From an uncultured delta proteobacterium (GTDB taxonomy: Bacteria > Desulfobacterota > Binatia > DP-6): 64,000 nt of DNA. The notes below the pieces were generated by a model. The model did no database searches, had not been told where the DNA came from, and saw only the letters and a list, made by a program, of their open reading frames with translations. This document shows positions 40,784 through 51,811 of this stretch, piece after piece. Made by a program: the position numbers and the translations under genes. Position 1 is the stretch's first letter. Each line of letters opens with the position of its first letter. Location of the stretch: positions 1,408,001-1,472,000 of the forward strand of contig CAWFFN010000009.1 of the NCBI GenBank assembly GCA_963815115.1, written 5' to 3'.

Positions 40784-42213
40784 TACGCCTCCGCCCGCGG
40801 GAGTACCACCTCGAACGCCGTCCCGCGACCGTTCTGCGGCAGGACGTCGATCCGACCGCCGTGCTCGCGGACGATGTTCCGGCTGACTGCCAGCCCGAGC
40901 CCGTTGCCGTTCGGCTTGGTGGTGAAGAAGGGATGGAAGAGGCGAGCGCGCACCTCGGGCTTCATCCCCGTGCCGTGATCGGACACGACGAACCGGAGCC
41001 GATCGTCGAGCACCTCGGTGCGCAGCTCCACGGCTTCGCCCGGCGGCGAGGCCTCGCAGCCGTTGACCAGCAGGTTGACGAGCACCTGCTCGATCAGGTC
41101 CGGATCGAGCCGCCACTCCAGCTCGGGCGGGAGCCCGCGGGTACGGATGGGACGCCCCGCGGCGCCCGGCGCGAGCTGCGCCGTGCGCACCGCGCCCTCG
41201 ATCACGCGCCGCACCGAGACGTCTCCCATGCGGGGCTCGAGCGGTCGCGCATACGACATGAGCCGCCGGACGGTGTTGGCGACCCGTCCGAGCTGCCGCT
41301 CCATCTCCGCGAGCTCCGCTCTGAGCTGATCCGGCGGCACCGGGCCGCGCTGCAGCGCCTGCAGCATGCCGCGCACGCCGGTCACCGGGTTCAGCGTCTC
41401 GTGCGCGATCTCGGAGGCGATCTCCCCCAGCTCCGACAGCTTCTCGGCCTGCTGCAGCGCGCCCTCCTGCCGGCGCACGCGCTCGAGCAGCGCGTTCACC
41501 TGGGCCTCGAGCATGCCGAGCTCGTTGCCGTCCACCTGGATCGGATCGCCGACGTCCGCGGCGCCGAGCCGCAGGACGAGCCGGTAGATCGGCCGGGCTG
41601 CGTAGCGCGACAACATGAAGCCCAGGCAGAGCGAGAACACGGCGCCGAGCCCCGTCAGCCAGAGCACGAAGGTGCGACCGCTGGCGATGTCGGCCTCGGC
41701 CGACGCGCGTCGCTCGTGCATGTCGGTGGCCCCGAGGCGGAAAAGCTCCTCGCCGCTGGCGAGCAATCGCTCGACGTCGGCCGACATGGTGACGAACACG
41801 CGGCGGGCCTCGTCCGGACGACCCTCCTTCTGCAGCTGGACGACCCGGTCCGCGGCCGCGGTGTACTCGGACCACCCGGAGCGCATGCCGTCGAGCAGCG
41901 CGCGCTCGGTGTCCGTCCGCACGAAGGTGCCCATCTCGTCGAACCAGGCGGAGAACTCGGCGCGATGCGGGCGGATCGCGTCCAGTGTCGCCTGGTCGCC
42001 GGAGAGCAGGTAGTCCGCGAGCCGGCTCTTTTCGCGCACCAGCGTCTCCAGCTTGGCCGCGAGGTCGAGTCCCTGGACGCTGCGGTCCGACAGGCGCTGC
42101 GCCGCGCGCTCGGCCTCGGACAGGGAATGCTGGCCCCACCACGAGGACACGAGGACCGCCGCCAGCACGACCGCGTATGCGAGCATGAGGCGCCCGACCA
42201 GGCTCGGCTTCAT
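40783..42213 (-). CDS. Sensor histidine kinase with four-helix-bundle periplasmic domain
   Basis: Two TM segments, IAHETLNP H-box, QVLVNLLVN, DHGTGM, PFFTTK, GLGL. Confidence 0.92.
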   Translation of the reverse strand: MKPSLVGRLMLAYAVVLAAVLVSSWWGQHSLSEAERAAQRLSDRSVQGLDLAAKLETLVREKSRLADYLLSGDQATLDAIRPHRAEFSAWFDEMGTFVRTDTERALLDGMRSGWSEYTAAADRVVQLQKEGRPDEARRVFVTMSADVERLLASGEELFRLGATDMHERRASAEADIASGRTFVLWLTGLGAVFSLCLGFMLSRYAARPIYRLVLRLGAADVGDPIQVDGNELGMLEAQVNALLERVRRQEGALQQAEKLSELGEIASEIAHETLNPVTGVRGMLQALQRGPVPPDQLRAELAEMERQLGRVANTVRRLMSYARPLEPRMGDVSVRRVIEGAVRTAQLAPGAAGRPIRTRGLPPELEWRLDPDLIEQVLVNLLVNGCEASPPGEAVELRTEVLDDRLRFVVSDHGTGMKPEVRARLFHPFFTTKPNGNGLGLAVSRNIVREHGGRIDVLPQNGRGTAFEVVLPRAEA

Positions 42214-42294
42214 GGTCCCGGTCGAGACTCTGCGCGCCGGGCGGCCGTCCGGCAAGTCGTGACTCGACCATTGCCGCGTCATGGACCTGGCTGC

Positions 42295-43028
42295 TCAGCG
42301 GCGCTCCGGGGCTCGCGCCACGCTGCGGAGGTGCATCCCGATCCAGTCGACCTCCTGACCCAGAGTCTCCGCGGCCGCCACCGCCATGCCCTCGCCGATG
42401 GTCGGTGGCAGGACGCCCTCGCAGTTCGCCATGATCGAGGCCCACGGGCTGACCTGGATCCGGAGCCAGCCGACGTCACGACCCTCCGGGTCGTGGAGCT
42501 CCGCCTGGTAGGTGCCTCGCAGGTCCATGGAGGTCTCGCGCCAGTCGCGTGAGCTCGTCCATGCCCGCGCACGTCGTCCACACGCGAGAAGACGTCGCTC
42601 GTGAGCGGCGGACCGTCGACCGGTCGCAACGTGAGCCGGATCGCCTGGTCGTCCCAGCTCGGCTCGACGCGACCGGACACCGGTCCCTCGTCGGACGTCC
42701 CGCGGTGGACCACGATGGGACCCGTGCCGACGAGCCGGCGATCGCCGCCCGGCCCGTTGAGGTGCAGGTCGAACTCGGGGTTGGTCAGGCTCGACCATCC
42801 ACCTTCCGGCTCGAGCAATCCGGTGTCGCCGTTCTGCATGCGATCGACCACCAGGCCGCCGTGCACGGTGTGTACGGCGAAGGTGAGGTCCGGTGCGACC
42901 GGGATCGGGCGTGCGTCGACTGCGCAGCCGCTGCCCAGAAGGCTGGCGGCAAGGAGCGCCACCAGGCCGCGCCTGCCGGACGCCACGCTCCGGTACATCT
43001 GCCTTGCTGCTGTCGATGAAGTCGTCAT
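42295..43028 (-). CDS. Lipoprotein of unknown function; frameshift(s) near 42562
   Basis: Lipobox GSGC; the paralog of 38488-39171 is restored by joining two frames. Confidence 0.7.
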
Positions 43029-43108
43029 GGCGTCCCGCCGATGCAGGTTCCGTGCACGTCGTGGCGGCTCGAGAACGGACGGTACGCACGGGCGTCGCCG
43101 TGCGCGCC

Positions 43109-43201
43109 GTGAGGTTCTGGACTGCCGCGTCGCATTCTGGACGGCGGCCGCGCGCGCATCGCGCGGCGCGGCGCACGATCGGCCGGGGCACGCTTCGTGC
43201 T
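43109..43201 (+). promoter_or_regulatory. Tandem enhancer sites plus sigma-54 promoter of the RND operon
   Basis: GTGAGGTTCTGGAC 43109-43122, GTCGCATTCTGGAC 43129-43142; GGGCACGCTTCGTGCT 43186-43201. Confidence 0.72.
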
Positions 43202-43218
43202 GACCGGGTCAGGCGATC

Positions 43219-46200
43219 ATGCCCGGCTTCTCGCTGCGCAACCCGCACACCATCATCGTCGGCGCGCTGATCGTCGCGCTGCTCGGGCTGACCGCGTTCG
43301 CGCGCATGCCGGTCGACGTCTTCCCGAATCTCAAGATCCCGGCGGTCGTGGTCGCGACCTTCTATCCCGGCATGCCGCCGCACGGAGATCGAGCGCGACA
43401 TCACGACCCGCTTCGAGCGCTTCTTCACGCTCGGCAGCGACATCGAGCACATCGAGTCGCGCTCGCTGCCCGGCGTGAGCATCATCAAGGTCTTCTTCCA
43501 CCCGAGCGCCAACGTCGACACGGCCGCCGCCTCGCTCGCCAACCTGGCGATGGCCGATCTGCGCCATCTGCCGCCGGGGACGCTGCCGCCGCTGGTGCTC
43601 AAGTCCGACGCCTCGTCGCTGCCGGTGACGCTCGTCACCGTGGCGGGCGAGGGCTTCTCCGAGGCGCAGCTGCGCGATCAGGCGCAGTACAACATCCGCA
43701 ACCAGCTGGCGACGGTCGCGGGCGCGTCGGTGCCGCCGCCCTTCGGCGGCAAGTACCGCCAGATCATGGTCTACGCCGACCGCGAGGCGCTCGAGGCGCG
43801 CGGCCTGACGCCTGATGGACGTCGTCCACTCGCTCAACGACGCCAACCTGATCATCCCGGCCGGCGACGCGAAGATCGGCGACACCGACTACTTCATCAC
43901 CACCAACAGCATGATCGAGGACCCGGACGGGATCGACGACGTGCCGGTCAAGGTCGGGCGACGGCCAGGCGCCGGTGCTGGTCCGCGACGTCGGCCACGC
44001 CGAGGACGCCGCGCAGATCCAGCAGAACGTGGTCCGCATCGACGGCCAGCGCTCGGTCTACGTGCCGGTGCTGAAGCAGGGCAACGCCAACACCATCGCG
44101 GTCGTGGACGGCGTGCGCGCGCTGCTGCCGAAGGTCGTCGGCCTGCCGGACGGGATGCAAGCTCGGCGCCATCTTCGATCAGTCGAGCTACATCCGCGGC
44201 GGCGATCGCGCAGCCTCGAGCACGAGGCCGCGTCGGCCGCGGTGCTGGCCTCGCTGGTGATCCTGCTCTTCCTCGGCAGCTTCAAGTCGACCCTCGCGAT
44301 CTTCGTCTCGATCCCGCTCTCGATCCTGGCGGCGGCCTTCGGCCTCTTCCTGAACGGCTCGACGATCAACGTGATGACCCTCGGCGGCTTCGCGCTCGCG
44401 ATCGGCCGGCTGGTGGACGACTCGGTGGTCGTGCTCGAGAACATCAACCGCCACCTGGCGCAGGGCAAGAGCCCGCAGCAGGCGGCGCGCGACGGCGCGG
44501 AGGAGGTGGCGCTCGCCGGTGCTGGCGTCGACCATCACGACCGTCATCGTCTTCTTCCCGGTGATGTTCCTGTTCGGCGTGGCGAAGTACCTGTTCAGCG
44601 CGCTCTCGCTGGCCGTCGTGCTCTCGATGCTCGCCTCCTACGTCGTCGCCATGACCGTGATCCCGATCTACTGCGCGCGCTTCCTCACCGTGGAGGAGGC
44701 GCGCGCCGAGGAGCAGGGCACCGGCCACGGCCGGCTCGGCTGGTTCATCCGCGGCTACGAGCGCTTCGCCGGCCGCTACGAGCGGCTGCTCGAGCGCGCG
44801 CTCGACCACAAGCTGCGCGGTGATCGGCGCCGTGACGGTGCTCTTCGTCGTCGCCATGCTCGGCGCGCGGCTGATCGGCACGGAGCTCTTCCCGCGCACC
44901 GACGCCGGCCAGTTCATCATCAACCTGCGCGCGCCGCCCGGCTCGCGCATCGAGGTGACCGAGGCGCTCACCGAGCAGGTCGAGCAGGTCGATCCGCGAC
45001 GTCATCCCGCCGCACGACCTCTCCATGGTCGTGTCGAACCTCGGGCTCGCGCCCGGGCTTCTCGGCGATCTACTCGTCCAACGCCGCGAGCGACTCGGGC
45101 TTCGTCATGGTGAGCCTGAAGCCGGACCACGAGCGGCTCGACCTGGGAGTACATGCGTCGCGCTCCGCGGAGGCGCTGCGGCACGCGGGTGCCGCAGGTG
45201 CAGACGTTCTTCCAGTCGGGCAGCATCATCGACGCGGTGCTGAACTTCGGGCTGGCGGCGCCGATCGACGTCCAGCTGAGCGGGCCGGACTACGACGGCG
45301 CTGCACGCCGCGGCGCAGGCAGGTGGCGCGGCACGGTGCGCCAGGTGCCCGAGGTGGCCGACGTCTTCGTCCCGCAGGAGTCCGGCTATCCGACGCTCCA
45401 GGTGCGGGTCGACCGGGTGAAGGCCGCGCGGCTCGGCCTCTCGCCAGCGCGACGTGGTGACCAACGTCATCACCGCGCTCACCTCGAACCAGATGATCGC
45501 GCCGTCGATCTGGATCGATCCGAAGAACGGCAACGACTACTTCCTCACCGTCCAGTATCCCGAGCAGGACATCCAGCTCGCTCGACACGCTGCTCAACAT
45601 TCCCGTGCGCGGCCGCGCGTCGACCAGCGACGGCCACGAGGACGCGCTCCTGCTGCGCAACGTCGCCACGATCACGCACGACCACCGAGCCCGCGGAGGC
45701 GGCGCACTACAACATCCAGCGCGTGGTCGACGTGCTGGTCGTCGCCGCGCGGCGACGACATGGGCGGCACGCAGGCGGCCATCCAGCGCGCGCTCGCGGG
45801 CACGCCGCTGCCGAAGGACGTGCAGGTCACCTATCGCGGGTCGGTGTCGGCGATGCAGGCGTCGTTCTCGAGCTTCGGCTTCGGCCTCGGCGATGGCGCT
45901 CGTCCTGCTCTACCTCGTGATGGTGGCGCAGTTCCGGTCGTTCCTCGATCCCTTCATCATCATGTTCTCCGTGCCGATGGGCCTGATCGGCGTCGTCGCC
46001 GTGCTGCTCGCCACCGGCACGACGCTCAACATCGAGTCGTTCATGGGGACGATCGTGATGGTGGGCATCGTGGTGTCCAACTCGATCCTGCTGGTCGACT
46101 TCGCCAACCAGCGCCGCCGCGAGGGCGCGCCGCTGCGGCGGGCGATCGTCGAGGCGTCGCGCATCCGCATGCGGCCGATCGTCATGACCGCGCTCGCGAC

Positions 46201-46369
46201 GGTCGTCGGGCTGCTGCCGATCGCGCTCAAGCTGGGCGAGGGCTCCGAGGCGTCGGCGCCGCTGGCGCGCGCGGCGGTGGGCGGCCTCGCGGTGTCGACG
46301 GTGCTGACGCTGGTGCTGGTGCCGGCGATCTACGAGCTGCTCTACGCCCGCCGCGCGGTGCAGGCATGA
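43219..46369 (+). CDS. RND efflux permease (AcrB/AcrD/AcrF family), more than 10 frameshifts (sequence error or pseudogene)
   Basis: MPVDVFP, IGRLVDDSVVVLENI, GIVVSNSILLVD and RMRPIVMT found in successive frames. Confidence 0.8.
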
Positions 46370-47474
46370 GGGCTGTCGCGGTGGTCGTGGCGTGCCTGGC
46401 GGCGGCGCTCTGGCTGGCGGCGTGCGGCGAGCGCGAGGCCGTGCCCGGCGGTCGAACCGGCACGTCCGACCGTGACGGTCGTACGCCCGGAGCGCGGCGA
46501 CGTCAGCCGCACGATCACCCTGCCGGGCGACCTCGCCGGTCTCAACGAGGCGGCGCTCTACGCCAAGGTGACCGGCTACCTGAAGCGCATCGACGTCGAC
46601 AAGGGCGACTGGGTGCAGCAAGGGCCAGACCCTCGCCGTGATCGAGGTCCCGGAGCTCGAGCAGAAGCTGAAGCGCGCCCGGGCGAACCTCGACGTGCAG
46701 CGGGTGACCTACGAGCGCCTGCAGCGGCGTGTGGACGACCGACCGGCGGCTGGTCGCGCGCGAGGACGTCGACGTCGCGCAGGGCAAGTTCCAGCAGGCG
46801 CAGGCCGAGGTGGAGGAGCTCGAGGCGATGGTCGGCTACACGCACATCGTCGCGCCGTTCGACGGCGTGATCACCGCGCGCTACGTCGACCCCGGCGCGC
46901 TGATCCAGGCCAGCGCGCACGCGGCGAGCACGGGTGCGAGCGGCGGCTCCGTGCCGGTGGTGCGCATCGCCGACATCGACACGCTGCGGGTCTACGTCTA
47001 CGTCCCGGAGGAGGAGACGAGCCTCATCAAGCGCGGCATGCCGGCCACGCTCCGGCTGCGCGAGTTCCCGGGACGCGAGTTCACCGGCAGAGTCGCGCCG
47101 CTTCGCCACCGCGCTCGACCTCTCGACGCGCACGATGCTCACCGAGGTCGACCTGCGCCAACGCCGGCCACGAGCTCTATCCGGGCATGTACGCCGACGT
47201 CACGCTCGAGCTCGAGCGGCATCGCGATGCGCTGACGGTTCCCGCCACGGCGGTCGGGACCGCGGGCGCCGCGCGCTTCGTGTACGTCGTGCGCGACGGC
47301 GAGCTGGCGAAGGTGCCGGTGACCACCGGCATCCGCGAGGCCGGCTCGGTGGAGATCGTCTCCGGGCTCGCGGGCGAGGAGCAGGTGGTGACCAGCATCA
47401 GCCCGGCCCTCGCCGAGGGCGGCAAGGTGCGAGCCGTCGTGGCGGGGGCGAGCGGGCCGCAGGACGTGGGCTGA
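46366..47474 (+). CDS. RND periplasmic adaptor subunit, frameshifted
   Basis: YAKVTGYL, IVAPFDGVIT, LYPGMYA across frames; ATGA overlap with the permease. Confidence 0.8.
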
Positions 47475-47479
47475 GCCGT

Positions 47480-48864
47480 GTGCCGCCGCGCCTCGGCCGC
47501 TTGCTGCTCGTCGCCGGCTGCTGTCTCCTGGCGGTCGTCCGCGGCCGCCGAGGAGCGAGCCGATCGCGCCGGGCGAGGAGCTGACCCTCGAGCGCGCCGT
47601 CGCGCTCGCGCTCGAGCACCATCCGGCGCGCATGGCCGCCGAGGCGCGGGCCGGCGCCGCCCGCGAGCGGATCGGCGAGGCCAGCGCCTCGCTGCTGCCG
47701 CAGGTCTTCGGCGTGACCGAGTACCTGCGCGCGACCGACAACGGCATCGGCGACACGAGCCTACCTCGCCGCGCCCGGCGTGACGCGGGCGCCGAGCGAG
47801 GGGCGGCACGTGAATCAGCTCACCGACACCTTCGACAACTACCTGGCCGCCGTGTCCGCCTACCAGTATCTCTTCGACTTCGGCCGGACGCGTGGGCTCG
47901 TCGAGCAGCGCGACGCGGAAGCCGACGCCGAAGCGGCGCGCTCCCGCCTGGTCGAGCTCGACCTCGTCTTCCAGGTGTCGCAGGCCTACTTCGACCTGGT
48001 CGCCGCGAAGGAGATCGTCACGGTGTTCGAGCAGGCCGTCGCCCAGCGTGACGGAGCACCTGCGCGAGGCGCAGGTGAAGTCGCAGGCTGGCCTCAAGCC
48101 GGAGATCGACGTCTACACCGCGCAGTCCGACCTGGCGCGCGCCCAGCTCCAGCTCGTCGACGCGCGCAACGGGGTCGCCACGGCGAAGGTGGCGCTCGAC
48201 AACGCGATGGGACTCGGGGACCAGGCGCCGGAGTACACCCAGAGCGAGCAGCTTTCCCCCGGGCACATCACCGAGACCGCGGAGCACTATCTCGAGCGCG
48301 CCCTCGAGCAGCGTCCCGATCTGAAGATGCTGGTCGACGAGGCGCGGGCGGCGGGCGCGGAGATCAAGCAGTATCGGAGCGACTACCTGCCGAGGGTCGG
48401 CGGCGTCGCCGGCTACAACGTGCGCGGCCAGGACGCGACCCCGGGCAACAACTACTACGTCGGCCTGGTCGTCACGTGGCCGATCTTCAACGGCTTCCTC
48501 ACCGACCACCAGGTGGAGGAGGCCAGGCTGAAGCCAGGACGCCGTCAAGCACGGGATCGAGGACCTGCGCCAGCAGATCGTGCTCCAGGTGAAGCGGTCG
48601 TTCCTCGACTGGCAGGCGTCGCTCGACCGCATTCACCAGGCCGACGCGACCCTGGCCGCGTCGCGCGTCGAGCTCGAGCTGGCGGAGAAGCGCTACGACA
48701 CCGGGCTCGGATCGATCATCGAGCTGACCGATGCCCAGCGGCGGTTCACCGAGGACGGCGCGGCGCAGGTGAAGGCGCTGGCCGGCTTCTCGATCGCCAG
48801 GGCGGCCCTGAATCGGGACGCGGGGTGCTGCCTGCCCGACGAGCCGGTGACGCACGGTGGGTGA
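47480..48864 (+). CDS. TolC family outer membrane protein, frameshifted
   Basis: LFDFGRT, RPDL, DYLP, RYDTGLGSIIELTDAQ across frames. Confidence 0.8.
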
Positions 48865-48876
48865 CCTGGATGGGCC

Positions 48877-48968
48877 GTCCAGATTGCGACGGCGGCGTCC
48901 AGAATCTTACATCGCCGGCGGCTGACGGCGACGGTCTCCACGAGGCCGCGGCTTACACGGGATTTGCT
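48877..48968 (+). promoter_or_regulatory. Third tandem enhancer (inverted) with degenerate sigma-54 promoter
   Basis: GTCCAGATTGCGAC 48877-48890, GTCCAGAATCTTAC 48897-48910; TTACACGGGATTTGCT 48953-48968. Confidence 0.55.
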
Positions 48969-48989
48969 TCATCCGGGCGTCGAGCAACC

Positions 48990-49632
48990 ATGCCCGCCGA
49001 GCTCCCGGACGTCGAGCAGCTCCGCCTCCGCCTCGCCGCAGTCGAGCGGCGGACGGCGAGGCTCCGCTGGATCGGGGTGGCGCTCGCGGTGGCGGTCGCG
49101 GCCGCCGGAGCCGTAGCCGTTCGGCGCGGAGCGCTCTCCCGCGACGGGAGCCTGGAGGGCCGGGCAGGTCGTGCTGCACGATGCGACCGGAGCCGTGCGC
49201 GCCGTCCTCGGGGTCCGCAGCGACGGCAGCGTCGGATTGATGCTCGCCGACGGCGAGGCGCGGCCCCGTGCCATGCTGGGCGTGGCGCGGGACGGCGGCC
49301 CGGCGCTCGGCCTGAGCGACCGGCAGGGCCGCCTGCGCGCCGCCTTCGCGGTGGCGGCCGACGGCTCGGCGAACGTCGGCTTCCTCGACCAGGATCAGAC
49401 GGTGCGCACCACGCTCGGCACGTCGGAGAACGGGGCGCCCGCGCTCAGCCTGGTGGACGACGACCATCGCGTGCGGGCCGCGTTGCAGGCCGACACCGAC
49501 GGCACGTCGCTGCTGCGGCTCTTCGACGGCGCCGGCAAGCCGCGCGTCGCACTCGGCCTGAACCACGACGCGCCGAGCCTCGTCCTGCTCGACGAGGACG
49601 GCGAGCTGCTCGGCGAGGTGCCGGGCCGGTAG
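48990..49632 (+). CDS. Membrane-anchored protein with about 6.5 tandem 23-aa beta repeats; frameshift near 49160
   Basis: Coiled coil plus TM segment, then LxLxDxxGxxRxxLxxxxDG repeats. Confidence 0.7.
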
Positions 49633-49635
49633 CGC

Positions 49636-49684
49636 GTGTAATGTGCTCTGTAACATTCATTGTTATGATCTAGAGATAGTTCAT
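49636..49684 (+). promoter_or_regulatory. AT-rich direct-repeat array resembling Pho boxes
   Basis: GTGTAAT (49636), CTGTAAC (49648), TTGTTAT (49660) upstream of the porin. Confidence 0.45.
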
Positions 49685-49752
49685 CGCCATCGGACTTCAC
49701 GCTAGCATGCCAGCGGCGCGGGGCTCTTGCGCGCCGCCAGGAGGATGACTCG

Positions 49753-51415
49753 ATGATCCGGCCGTACTGCGCTGTCGCTCGCTGCGCTGCTCGCTCCGTT
49801 CGCGATCGTTCCCACCGTCTTCGCCCAGCAGACGACCGAGCAGCGCCTGCAGGCGCTCGAGGGCCAGCTGCGGGACGCCCTCCAGCAGCTCGGCGAACAG
49901 CGCGAGGCGACCCGGCGCGCGCAGCAGCAGATCGGCGAGCTACAGCGCCAGCTCGACCAGCGACAGGCGGGCGCCCCCGCGTCGCGCGCCTCCCGGCAGG
50001 CCGCTCCCGCGGCGACGTCGCGCACGGTCGACCGCGCAGATCGAGGACAAGGTCCGCGCCGAGGTGGCGCGCACGCAGGAAGAGGATCGCGCGAAGCAGC
50101 AGCAGCTCGAGACCCAGGTCGCGCAGATGAAGCCGGCCTGGGACGACTACGCGCAGAAGTGGCTCAACAAGTTCAAGATCAGCACGCTCTTCTACTCGGA
50201 CTGGGCTTTCTACAGCCAGACCGGATTCGGCCCGCAGTTCCTCACCCAGCTCAACCCGCCCGGACCGGGGAACGACAACTACAACTCCTTCGACATCACG
50301 CGTGCCTACATCAACCTCTTCTTCACGCCCGACGAGGATTTCACGTTCCGGGTGACGCCCAACATCTTCCGCGCGCAAGGCGGCGGTACGAACCAGACGA
50401 CGGGCAAGAACGGCGGCATCGGCAGCAACCTGAACGGGAACCTCAGCTACCGGCTGAAGTACGGCTACATCGACTGGAACACGCCCTTCAAGAGACTCGC
50501 GGAGTACTACGTGCCGGCCTTGGCCCCCATGAACGACGCCAAGATCACCTTCGGCCAGCAGCCGAATCCACTGATCGACTGGGAGGAGAATCTCTACGGC
50601 TATCGCTTCACCAGCCTCGTCCCGTGGAACTATCTCAGCCTGAGCTCCACGCAGGTCGGGATCGCCAGCAAGGGACCGATCAAGTTCGACGGCCTCCAGT
50701 ACCTGGACTACGACCTCGGAATCTACAACAACGCGAACTTCCACCAGAACGAGCAGAGCGCAGCCAAGAGCGGCATGATCCGGGTCTCCGGCTATCCATT
50801 CGGCGCCAGGTCACGTTTCGACGGGCTCGGGGTCACCGGCTTCTACCAGTACGGGTTCCGAACACGACGCCCGACGCAGCGACCTGAACACCCACATCTA
50901 CCGGACTGCTGCCCTGCTGCATTACAGCACCGACTGGTGGAGCATCGCCGGGGAGTACGACCAGGGTCACAACGCGTTCACGTCGAGCAATCTCTTCTCG
51001 GGCAGCGGGCCGGCCGATGAGTTCGGCCTCGCCAAGACGCCCTTCGCGGACTTCGACAAGATGGTGAAGGCGATGCAGAACAACGACCGCACCACCCAGC
51101 AGGGCGTCGACGTTCTTCGGCCACGTGGACATCCAGGACACCCCGTTCTCGGTCTTCGGGCTCTGGCAGCTCTTCTATCCCAACACGCAGGTCAGCAATA
51201 ATCCGCTGGACTTCCAGCGCTTCGTCGCGGGCGTCGGGTACAAGTACAGCCGGTACCTGCGCCTCGCCCTCGATGTCCAGTATCTGGCGTACCTCCACTC
51301 GCAGTTCACGTTCCCGCTCTCCGAGGGGAAGCAGTTCGGACTCACGTCCCCGGTCAAGGATGCGGTCCCGCCGGACATCCTGGCCGTCTTCCTGAACCTC
51401 GAGTTCAACTACTGA
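49753..51415 (+). CDS. Outer-membrane porin-like protein with N-terminal coiled coil (possibly phosphate-selective); several frameshifts
   Basis: FDITRAYINL, RLKYGYIDW, ITFGQQP; C-terminal LNLEFNY beta-signal. Confidence 0.65.
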
Positions 51416-51447
51416 GCCAGGCGAGCTAGACTCCGCCTCGTACTGGC

Positions 51448-51698
51448 ATGCGAAGGGTCTTGCTCGCGACCCTCGGTATGCTCGCGGCGTGTGCTCCTCC
51501 CACGCCGCATGCCCCGAGGGTCACCACGGCGGCCGGGCGGGAGTGCGTCCAGACCTGCCGGTCGCTCTACAGCGACTGCCTGGGGGCGATAGGGGTCGGC
51601 GGGAACTACTGGAGCTTCAACCAGCGAAATTCGCATGGTCAGGCCCGGAATTGCGATGAGAACCTCGCATCGTGCTATGCCACTTGGCTTCGTCCTAG
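51448..51698 (+). CDS. Small Cys-rich lipoprotein (3' end uncertain; the ORF as read runs to 51888)
   Basis: Lipobox LAAC; CVQTCRSLYSDC...CDENLASCYAT. Confidence 0.55.
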
Positions 51699-51811
51699 CC
51701 GGGAAGCACGCCCAAGCCGGCTGCGTCCGGTCAGCGCTGACTCGCCGCCGAACTCCGCAGAGCTGGCGCTCTTCCTGAACGTCGAGTTCGACGACCGAAG
51801 GCGGCTCGGCC

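Noticed and set aside
43219-48864. Programmed frameshifting or phase variation in the RND operon
   Set aside because: Too many shifts, mostly not at slippery or long homopolymer sites; sequencing error is more parsimonious
49713-49731. Sigma-54 promoter before the porin (CGGCGCG...TTGC)
   Set aside because: GG-to-GC spacing is 12 rather than 10, and no enhancer copy is nearby
51387-51795. Porin-tail duplicate as a diversity-generating retroelement VR/TR pair
   Set aside because: Mismatches are not adenine-specific, the repeat is short, and there is no reverse transcriptase in the window
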